This document shows positions 11,101 through 20,290 of a stretch of DNA of 22,416 nucleotides, in pieces. The first letter of the stretch is position 1. Each line of letters starts with the position of its first letter. Location: assembly GCA_001179505.1 (NCBI GenBank), contig CDMY01000771.1, positions 1-22,416 of the forward strand, read 5' to 3'. The stretch comes from Vitrella brassicaformis CCMP3155. Taxonomy: Eukaryota; Protista; Chromerida. The notes below the pieces were generated by a model. It worked only from the letters and a program-made list of their open reading frames with translations. It had not been told where the DNA came from and did not search any database. The translations under genes and the position numbers were made by a program.

Positions 11101-11248
11101 ATAGACACACATCAAGCCCAAAGGTGCGTGCGCAGGTGTGTGCTCACAGAGACGTTCATCATATACACACACTCTAAATCCAGACGTGCGTGCGTAGGTG
11201 TCTGCACACTCCAAGTCGACGCGTGCATGCGCAGATATGCGCGCAGGG
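11098..11248 (+). repeat. Degenerate minisatellite array D (~2.5 units)
   Basis: GCGTGCGCAGGTGTGTGCTCACAGAGACGTTCATCATATACACACACTCTAAATCC...CTCCAAGTCGACGCGTGCATGCGCAG. Confidence 0.9.
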
Positions 11249-11789
11249 AGGCACTCTTCTAGGTAGCTGCTTCATAATTGGATAAGGAAGCGCTGCATTT
11301 CTTGTCTAGATCACACTACTCTGTACATGTACTTCCACGTTGCAGACTCTCCTGACCCTGTATTAAAAGAATAAGTCGCTGCACCTTTGCATTCTCATAT
11401 GCATAAATTCCACCCAACCGATATATACCGGTACATATGGACCCGCCTGAATGAATACGTCAGAAAAACGGAGCAAATGCGTATACTACATCCCCATTTG
11501 GGTTCCTTTTTGGCGGGGCGATTAGTATGTGCTTCAACTATGCTTCCAGGTAAGTGGCCCTGCAGGACATCCACAGCAACAAAGTGTGTGTGTATTCGTG
11601 TGTATCAAAAAACAGGAATAGCACATTGACGGACATCCATGGGACATCGGGCATCCATCGGGCGTTTTGAATCAACCACCACACACACTTACAAACATTA
11701 TCACGTACACACAAAAGCGTCTCTCTCTCTCTCTCATGCAGCAAAACTCTTCAATAGAGCCTCACACAAGCACGCATCCATCCGTTTTT

Positions 11790-12418
11790 TCAGCCTGCAT
11801 TGGTGACGACGTCATGGATGGCGTCGGCCAGATAGCCCACATTGCCATTGGTGAGTGCCGCCACGTTCAGCCGGCCGTTCCGCAGCATGTACACGTGCCA
11901 CTTAGTTAGCAGCTGCTCGCACAGACCGTCCTCTCGCACATCAAACAAACCATCAGGTCACACCGACCCCCCACCGCACCAGTACCGTGCGCCTTAGACA
12001 AGCCTGTGAATGAAAACCTGTTGACAACACACACAAAGAGGGAGGGAGGGAGGGACAAGACACACATTTGTCGGTTTCTGTATGCATTTCCTCTCTGCCT
12101 CTCTCCCTCGCCAACGTACATGCCGATCTGTTGAGTGATGTGCTCCCAGCTCCCGCGTGTGCCCTTCTTCTCGATGGCCTCCCTCAGCTGCCGCCTCATG
12201 GACGCCACACGGCTGCTCACATCCGCCAGCTGCGACTCCCACTCAGTGCGGTACTTGGTCAGCAGCAGCAGCGCCAGACGACCGCCGTGAGATGGGGGGG
12301 AGAAGTACATCGGCCTGCATTGCACAGAGAGAGAGAGAGAGAGAGAGGTGGACTGATGGCAGGGCGTGTGGGGGGTTGGGTGTGACCTGATGGTTTGTTT
12401 GATGTGCGAGAGGACGGT
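11790..12418 (-). pseudogene. GOT: Aspartate aminotransferase (class I PLP), C-terminal part only
   Basis: Exons 12418-12387, 12314-12120, 12017-11986 and ~11923-11790 give TVLSHIKQTIRPMYFSPPSHGG..EWESQLADVSSRVASMRRQLREAIEKKGTRGSWEHITQQIGMFSFTGL..KWHVYMLRNGRLNVAALTNGNVGYLADAIHDV*. These match the AspAT motifs YSNPP, W.HI..QIGMFSFTGL and GRIS.AG. The PLP-lysine region (S.SK..GLYGER) is absent. Confidence 0.9.
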
Positions 12419-12789
12419 GCAAAACCACCAAAAACATGCACCATTGTGCCGAGTCTTCCAGTCCCTCCCCATAATAAATGCCAGCCGCACATACATAAAC
12501 ACCAACACCCCCTTTGTGGCACATACCCCCTTTGTGGCACATACACAAACGTTTGTTACGACCCGAACGGACGGGCAAGGAGGACACACGCACCAAATCC
12601 TCCATCCACCGCAATCAAGCCCGTGGACATGATGACGTCCTGGACCAAAATCATCGAACACACAACATCGCACGTGCACGTAATCCATACAAAATCTCAT
12701 GCACCACATAAAGGACTGCATATTCGCTTTGCGATGATGCGATGGCCGTTGCCCTCAACACGCATAGTGCGCTCTTCTGCGCATTCGCT

Positions 12790-13143
12790 TGTTTACTGTC
12801 ACATCAAACCGCCTCTCAACTTGCGGCGCTCGCCAGCGTCATCAGGCGTGTTTCCTATCACGCCGATCTACCACACACACACACACACACACACACCCCA
12901 CCATGCCATATGATGGATAATTGGCCTTGTGGACGTGTCAAACATACGTTTTCCGTGAGATCGTATTCAGTCCAGTTGGGCATCCACAAAAGGCTGTGTC
13001 CGTCTCTGGACGGACATGCAGGTCATGATCACACCAGACATTCCTGCAATGCTATTGGCTGTGCCGTCTTTTTCCACATACGTGACATTTGACACGATCT
13101 TGAAGTCGCCAACTCTCGCGTCGATGACCGCGACGCCAGTGTA
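12790..13143 (-). CDS. Multi-exon fragment, possibly a beta-propeller (YncE/YVTN-like) blade; 5' end cut by array E
   Basis: Phase-consistent splicing gives YTGVAVIDARVGDFKIVSNVT|DGHSLLWMPNWTEYDLTEN|IGVIGNTPDDAGERRK. The VAVID..KIV...GH.L.W.P pattern suggests a propeller; the product is a weak guess. Confidence 0.35.
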
Positions 13144-13790
13144 GTGTGCGCACACCTGCGCATGCACGTGTGGACTTGGAGTGCGTGTATATGATTGATG
13201 TCTCTGTGCGCATGCACGTGTCGACTTGGAGTGCGTGTATATGATGAATGTCGTCTTGGAGTGTGTGTATATGATGAATGTCTGTGTGCGCACACCTGCG
13301 CATGCACGTGTGGACTTGGAGTGCGTGTATATGATGAATGTCTGTGTGCGCACACCTGCGCATGCACGTGTGGACTTGGAGTGCGTGCCTCTGATGAATG
13401 TCTGTGTGCGCACCCTTGCGCATGCACGTGTCGACTTGGAGTGCGTGTATGTCATGAATGTCTCTGTGAGAACACCTGCGCATGCACCTGCGTGTCTATG
13501 ATGAATGTCTCTGTGCGCACACCTGCGCATGCACCTGCGCATGCACGTGTAGACTTGGAGTGCCACCTGCGCATACACGTGCGCATGCACCTGCGCATGC
13601 ACGTGTGGACTTGGAGTGCATGTATATCATGAATGTCTGTGTGCGCACACCTGCGCATGCACGTGCGCATGAACGGGTGGACTTGGAGTGCGTGTATATG
13701 ATGAATGTCTGTGTGTGCGCACCACTGCGCATGCAAGTGCGCATGAACGGGTGGACTTGGAGTGCATGTATATCATGAATGTCTGTGTGC
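13144..13790 (-). repeat. ~60-bp minisatellite array E (reverse orientation, ~10 units plus scrambled sub-modules)
   Basis: Repeated GACTTGGAGTG (e.g. ~13173, 13223, 13313, 13373, 13433, 13553, 13608, 13680, 13754). Confidence 0.97.
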
Positions 13791-13799
13791 GCACACCGG

Positions 13800-14654
13800 C
13801 GCATGCACAGACATTCATCACATACACACACTCCAAGTCCACACGTGCATGCGCAGGTGTGCGCACAGAAACATTCATCATATGCAGACACTCCAAGTCG
13901 ACGCGGGCATAGGCAGGTGTGCGCACAGCGACATTCATCATATACACACACTCCAAGTCCACACGTGCATGCGCAGGTGTGCGCAGAGAGACATTCATTA
14001 TATGCACACACTCCACACACTCCAAGTCCACCCGTGCATGCACACGTGCATGCGCAGGTACATTCATCACATACGCACACTCCAAGTCCACACGTGCATG
14101 CGCAGGTGTGCGACATTCATCACATACGCACACTCCAAGTCCACACGTGCATGCGCAGGTGTGCGCACAGAGACATTCCTCAGATACACACTCCAAGTCC
14201 AAACGTGCATGCGCAGGTGTGCGGACGGCGACATTCATCACATACGCATACTCCAAGTCCACACGTGCATGCGCAGGTGTGCGCAGAGAGACATTCATCA
14301 TATGCACACACTCCAAGTCCACACGTGCAGGCGCAGGTGTGCGCACAGCGACACAAGTCCACACGTGCATGCGCAGGTGTGCGCACAGAGACATTCATTA
14401 TATGCACACACTCCACACACTCCAAGTCCAAACGTGCATGCGCAGGTGTGCGCTCAGCGACATTCATCACATACGCACACTCCAAGTCCACACGTGCATG
14501 CGCAGGTGTGCGCAGAGAGACATTCATCATATGCACACACTCCAAGTCGACACGTGCATGCGCAGGTGTGCGCACAGCGACATTCATCACATACACACAC
14601 TCCAAGTCCACACGTGCATGCGCAGGTGTGCGCATAGCGACATTCATTATATGC
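13800..14654 (+). repeat. ~60-bp minisatellite array F (~14 units), inverted relative to E
   Basis: CTCCAAGTC at 13831, 13891, 13951, ~14020, 14080, ~14133, 14191, 14251, 14311, ~14420, 14481, 14541 and 14601. Confidence 0.97.
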
Positions 14655-14657
14655 TTT

Positions 14658-16770
14658 GAGTGTCTTCGTGCTGAGAGAGGAGACACAGGAACCCTTCTAC
14701 ATGTGGACGTTGGAGCACGTAGTCTTCCTCCACCCTCCGAGCCACTTTACAGACAGGAAGGTGGGCGAAGCAGACGAGCCTAAACATACGTCGGCTATGG
14801 CTTGTCTGTATGCTGTGTTTGGTTAGTGGCGTCACTTGATTGACACCGATGGAGTGAGCCATAGGCGCTAATCACCCATCATTGGCCGTTCAATCTTGCC
14901 TTTTCATTGTGCTTGCTTGGTTTTGCAGCCACTCAAGGCGATAAAGCTTGACGACATTCACACAATCGAGCAGGATCAACACGTCGTGTCGCTGTACGAC
15001 CGAGACGACACTCTGCTACTGTCTCTCCAGCCGACCAACAACGACAGAGACCTGCTGATTGGCCAAGCCATCGAGGATCAAAGATCTGAGACTTTAGAGG
15101 AGCCGTTTCAAGAGACACCCCTCAAGCAGGACAGCCTCTTGATCCCACTGCGCTCTCAAAGTGATGAGCAGCTGAAGCCGTCGGTGTTCTGTTCGGCTCA
15201 ACCTTCCATCCATGAGATGACGGAAGCGCAGCAGGACCCGCATGTGACGTTGGTCCCCAGCGGCGTAGCAGCAGTGGCCCAGGTCATCCGTGCGGCGAAA
15301 GAGGCGAGGAAAATTCTGCTGGAGACCTATGCGGGAGAAGCTGAGGGAAAAGCAGCAAGTGCTTTCTCTCTTGATGGCCCAGTGGTGTGTTCGGCCTGCT
15401 TCTGTATGGTCAATGGTCAATGCGCACACATCTGGTGGACTCATGACGGACTGGTAAGCGCAACTGGTCACCGAGGAGAAAAGCACCTTTTTGTCTATTT
15501 CCCTTTTTTTCTTTCCTTGTTTTTTCAGGTGCTCAATGTGGTCTCGGACGATTCAAACATGACCCACGGCTACTTCGTGAAGGACATGTCAGAACCGACA
15601 CTTGAGGAGACGGTAGTCTCCCTCGGAATCATCAGAGTAAGCGCACCACGTCGTGTGTATGCTGAAATGAGATCCGTGTTTTCTTCTGTGTCTCGCCAGC
15701 TGGCATTCACCGATCCCCTCACTGCCGAGTCCTTCAGCCGCATTATCGCCTACCTAAAGACCCAACAAATATCAGATGGCCAGGATGAGGCGCTGCAGAA
15801 GCAGAGACGTGATGCCATCACGAGCTTCTACGCGGGCACCGAGTCGCAGCGGCCCTCCGTGACCTCGACTTATCGCCGCCCCTCTGTGGCCGACGGTGGC
15901 AAGACCGGCACGCCACTGGTGATAACGCACAGAGAGACAGAATGTGAGAGACGTGAGAGCAATGCTGTGCCTTCTGTCAGGCAAGGGCAGCTGCTGATCG
16001 ATTACGGTACCTTCGGTGCAAAAATAGGAAGATTCTCACTCAAGTTGCGACGAGGGATCATCCCCTGCTATCCTCGTGAGCAAATGATAAGAAACGTGTC
16101 CACAACGTGTCCTCACCTTCCTGCATTTTGCAGGCTTAAATACAACACCTTCTCTACACATGCCCAGCGCTTTGCGGCGTTAGAAGCATCTTTAATAGGC
16201 ATGATCACCATCTCTTCCCTCTTCTTCTGGTCCAATTGCGCCACCGTCCATATTGTCGGACACCAGATTGACCCGTATGTTGACTCGGGCGCCGTCTACT
16301 TGTCCCGGGTGTGTGACCCTCCCACGGTGACGCATCTGCCGTCCGCTGCCACAGTGACTGTGTCGGTATTGTCCTTTGTCATCGCCTCGGCTGTCGACTT
16401 CGTCATTTATGCGCTCTTCAGGAGATTTGTGATTGAAGTGAGGGAAGAAGAGATAAGAGAGACGCGTGTGTGCTCGGATATGTCTCGTGGATCTCTTTGC
16501 TCGTTTGCAGGATGAGATGTCTGCTGCCGAGAAAGGGATGCAGGTCCACCTTTGGAGGGTGATGGACTTCATTGGCTGGACGCTCTGGACATCGTGGAAT
16601 GTCGCCTGTGTCGGGTGGGATGTCCTGTTTATTGGGGTGAGTGAAGCTGCTGCAAATGGATACCAAAGCGCTCGGACATACGTGCTGCCGTCCCTGTGTG
16701 GGTTGCAGAACCAGCAAGACGTGTTGATCGGCCAGTGGATGTGGGCCTCACTTCTTGGCAGCGCTTACCG
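14658..16770 (+). CDS. Polycystin-1 (PKD1/PKDREJ)-like multipass membrane protein, internal fragment truncated at both ends
   Basis: Phase-consistent exons 14658-14760, 14929-15453, 15529-15918, 15981-16075, 16134-16437, 16511-16636 and 16709-16770 give RDHPLLSSLKYNTFSTHAQRFAALEASLIGMITISSLFF...VTVSVLSFVIASAVDFVIYALFRR...FIGWTLWTSWNVACVGWDVLFIG..QWMWASLLG. This recalls the polycystin-1 TM cluster (H.W.S...FTR.QR..MFY; ..LFR; IGW..; WL.S). The family call is by pattern only. Confidence 0.6.
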
Positions 16771-16804
16771 GTCAGTTAGCTTGCTCTCTGTCTCTTTCAC
16801 TCAC

Positions 16805-17516
16805 CCAGGTGGAGATTCATCAGCTGTAGCACGTCATCCAGCGTCTGCACAGTCGCCCACACACACACACACACACACACATACATACAAACAAACACCA
16901 CACACATGCGATGGGCTGTGCGCCTGCACCCACCTCGTCGAGCAGGCTGATGTTGTGGTCGAGGAGCTCCACCTCCTGCATGTAGCACTCGAGCAACAGC
17001 TCCACGTCCTCGGTGCTGTACGGCTCATCACCGGCCTCCTCGTGCTCGTGGTTTTCGGGCGATACTGGCCCGGCAGCGTTCCTCCCCTCCTCAGACTGAT
17101 AGTCCATCGGTCTGTCTGCCGTCCCTGCATTCGTCTGCTGCTCCTCAGCACCAACATCACGCGTGCCAAACTGGCAACAGAAGGAAAAGGGAGACAGATG
17201 AATGTGTGTGAGTCTGGTGGGGGTGGTGTGGCGTACATGTGGGCTGTCTGCGAGTGAGTGTGCGGAGCCGTGAAATGCCTCGGCGAATGTGGGTGAAAGG
17301 GTGGCCGCGCGGTGGTCGTGGCCCTTCCTGTGCACAGTGTGGAGCACGTGCTGCTGAGAGAACCGCCGCGCGACGTCTGCTGAGGGGGTTTCGACCAATA
17401 TCGACGATGTTGTTAGGGACGATGCGTTGACGTTGGATGAGTGGGTCTGCGTCATGTGTGCGCGGGCCAGGGAGGAGCAGACGGGGGGCAGGGAGGGGAA
17501 GGGAGGCGCTTCGGAA
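16805..17516 (-). pseudogene. MRS2: MRS2/CorA-family Mg2+ transporter fragment lacking the C-terminal GMN/TM part
   Basis: Exons 17516-17237, 17170-16934 and 16844-16805 give a low-complexity insert, then EDVELLLECYMQEVELLDHNISLLDETLDDVLQLMNLHL. This is the MRS2/CorA helix that precedes LD..RN and GMN; the downstream exons were not found. Confidence 0.7.
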
Positions 17517-17542
17517 CTGATGGATTAACAAGGGAGACACAG

Positions 17543-18118
17543 TCATGTGTTGGATATTGCCGGTATGTCTCTCCGTGTATGTGCTGACTGACACCCTTTT
17601 CCGTCTTGCCTTGTGCGCTCCCCGATGGCGGAGATGGGGAGAGGAGGCACAGGAGGCGGAGAAGCTCTTCTGCGAGAATCCTCTTCTGCAGCTTGCTTTG
17701 ACGAGACTTCCTCGACGAGCGCCTTCAACCCTCTGACCTCGGCTTTCAGCTCCTCCTGAATCTTCCCACCCCCTTTTAGCTGGTTCCCATGCCTCCCTTG
17801 CACAGTCTGGACCCCACCCAGCGCCTCTTTCACGCCAGCAATCTCCGCCCGGACTTCCTTGGCCTTCTTGATCATCGCTTCCTTCAGGCTCTCAGTGGCG
17901 TCTTTGTTCTCCGCCATGTGACAATCGGTGCGAGACAGATGTTCTTTGAACGACTTGATGAGAGCGTCCATGGTGAAGTCCACCTTAAGCTCCAGCCGAC
18001 AGAGACGCTCATCCATCTTCTCCTGCCATTCATCGTGGTGGCTGCATTCAACGTTTGGCGCCTGGGGCTTTGCATCATATTGCATGGTGCTGCTGTACCG
18101 TGTCGCCCAGCCGGACAA
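17543..18118 (-). CDS. Coiled-coil orphan ORF/exon
   Basis: 191-aa ORF with heptad-like helices (MDERLCRLELKVD..KEVRAEIAGVKEAL..IQEELKAEVRGLKALVEEV). A possible GC-AG splice at ~17625 would be in phase with the exon starting at 17516. Confidence 0.5.
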   Translation of the reverse strand: MSGWATRYSSTMQYDAKPQAPNVECSHHDEWQEKMDERLCRLELKVDFTMDALIKSFKEHLSRTDCHMAENKDATESLKEAMIKKAKEVRAEIAGVKEALGGVQTVQGRHGNQLKGGGKIQEELKAEVRGLKALVEEVSSKQAAEEDSRRRASPPPVPPLPISAIGERTRQDGKGCQSAHTRRDIPAISNT

Positions 18119-18357
18119 TGGGGGATAGGAAGCAGTGCCGCCCGCCGTGTCAGGTCCCGTCCACTTGAGTCAGATGGTGCTCGCCGTGGGCCTACTTGGA
18201 ATCATTGCAGATTAAGAGTGGTGGTGGTTAAGGGTAAGATTGTCCGTGTGTCCATGCGCTGGGACGGTCGATTACATGTCCGCATCTGAACTATTGACAG
18301 CAACGATCAAAACATTCGCTACCTACCCATGTACGCCCACCCACCCACCGCCTGCAA

Positions 18358-19035
18358 TCAACGAGGGTGGAAAGGCCCCCGCTCTAGCAACAGTCCCTCA
18401 GCAAAACCCGCCCTCTCCTGCCCATTCCACCTGCTTGCCCGCCACGCCCTGCTCCGCACCATGTGTGCGTTGCCCTTCTGCAGCAGCAGACTAAGTCGAG
18501 CCCACCACCTCTCCACTGCTGTCTCGCGGAAAAACTCCACATCGCCCTCCTCCATATAGACAGGTGGCCGCATGTGTCGGGCCATACGGTTGAGAAGGGC
18601 AGCCGCCTCGTCCCCCCACCGTCCGTAGCTCTCCGCCGACAGTGGGACGAAGGTGAAGTTGCTTGCTCTCGCCTCTGTGCCGTATTTGCTGTGCTTCCTG
18701 TCGGCCGCGTTGCGCAGCGCCTTGCCGTCTTCTGCCCCGTTCTGCCTGTTGGTGGCCGCGTGGTGTCTGTTGGTGAAGGGGTCGGGGCGTGTGGGGTGGG
18801 CGATGGTGACGTCGCCGAGCATGCTTTTTCCCTCCTCCACCCAGTAGAGGTCGTTGTAGGCAAGAGCTCGCGAGCCAACGCCGTCCCCAACTTGGAAAGC
18901 CGTGGGATCTTCGTTTTGATGTCCTTCAGTAAGTTCTCTCCCCGTCTCGCATGCGGACTGTGCCCCCATCGAGCCCCCACCCTGCTCCTCGGAGTCCCCA
19001 AAGACAAAGGCAAGAGGCACACCAGGAAGGTCCAC
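18358..19035 (-). mobile_element. Non-LTR retrotransposon (CRE/R2-type) C-terminal restriction-like PD-(D/E)xK endonuclease, 5'-truncated
   Basis: YNDLYWVEEGKSMLGDVTIAHP...AADRKHSKY...FTFVPLSAESYGRWGDEAAALL...RLSLLLQKGNA matches the typical D..DVT..P / K..KY / F.P...E..G.WG / LS..LQRGNA pattern. No RT domain is present upstream. Confidence 0.85.
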
Positions 19036-19079
19036 TGACAGGTCTTGACAACGCTTCGTCTGTTGTGTGGTCAGATGAT

Positions 19080-19440
19080 GGACAACCGGTTTACCCGCCC
19101 ATCATGGCAGCGGTCCCTCGCCCTCGCCCAACGCCTTCAACGACTTCTTCCACTCCGTCACCACTTGCCAGTATGATGCTGTGCAGCGGTGCTTCGAGAG
19201 AGAGGATCCCACGCCCTACATGCAGGCTACTGATCAAGTCAATACGGGGAGGGGGATGCGTCAATCACGTTTGGTGAGGGAGATATGCCTGGCTTGTTTC
19301 CCGCTGTGTCTGTCAGACGCTCAAGACGTGTCTGCACTTGGCTGCCAAGGGGGGTTTGCAGATCTGGTGCACTTCTTCATCACCCTCGGGGCCGCCATCG
19401 AAGCCAGAGAGCGAATCGGGAGGACGCCGCTGCGGTGCGC
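19080..19440 (+). pseudogene. Ankyrin-repeat protein fragment, frameshifted and cut by array G
   Basis: FNDFFHSVTTCQYDAVQRCFE..ATDQ|TLKTCLHLAAKGG (exon from 19317), then a 1-nt frameshift in the G6 run at 19349-19354, then FADLVHFFITLGAAIEARERIGRTPLRCA. These are canonical ankyrin motifs. Confidence 0.85.
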
Positions 19441-20290
19441 AAAAAGACATTCATGAGATACACACACTCCAAGTCCACACGTGCGTGCGCAGGTGTGCGC
19501 AAGGAGACATTCATGAGATACACACACGTGCGTGCGCAGGTGTGCGCACACAGACATTCAGTATGTACAAACACACCAAGTCGACACGTGGGTGCGCAGG
19601 GGTGCGCACAGAGACATTCATGACATACACACACTCCAAGTCCACACGTGCATGCGCAGGTGTGCGCACAGAGACATTCATGGGTGCGCAAAGAGACATT
19701 CATGAGATACACACACTCCAAGTCGACACGTGCATGCGCAGGGGTGCGCACAGAGACATTCATGACATACAAACACTCCAAGTCTACACGTGCATGCGCA
19801 GGTGTGCGCACAGAGACATTCATGGGTGCGCAAAGAGACATTCATGAGATACACACACTCCAAGTCGACACGTGCATGCGCAGGGGTGGTGCGCAAAGAG
19901 ACATTCATGAGATACACACACTCCAAGTCGACACGTGCATGCGCAGGTGTGCGCACAGAGACTTTCATGAGATGCGCAGGTGTGCGCAAAGAGACATTCA
20001 TGAGATACACACACTCCAAGTCCACACGTGCATGCGCAGGTGTGCGCACAGAGACATTCATGAGATACACACACGTGCGTGCGCAGGTGTGCGCACACAA
20101 ACATTCAGTATGTACAAACACACCAAGTCGACACGTGGGTGCGCAGGTGTGCGCACAGAGACATTCATGAGATACACAAACTCCAAGTCCACACGTGCGT
20201 GCGCAGGGGTGCGCACAGAGACATTCATGAGATACACACACTCCAAGTCCACACGTGCGTGCGCAGGTGTGCGCACAGAGACATTCGTCA
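19434..20290 (+). repeat. ~60-bp minisatellite array G (~12 units)
   Basis: Repeated CCAAGTC(C/G/T)ACACGTG. Local variant CACAGAGACATTCATGAGATACACACAC. Confidence 0.97.

Noticed and set aside
13029-14783. The many His/Cys/Arg-rich ORFs in the track over the arrays (also 12-626, 19338-20450, 22230 onward) as real zinc-finger or metallothionein genes
   Set aside because: They are six-frame read-throughs of a stop-poor 60-nt satellite, with no independent coding evidence.
14896-16515. The 539-aa ORF as one uninterrupted CDS
   Set aside because: It contains clear GT-AG introns that are merely open (15454-15528, 15919-15980, 16076-16133, 16438-16510). The spliced version changes frame at 15981-16075 and gives better family-like motifs.
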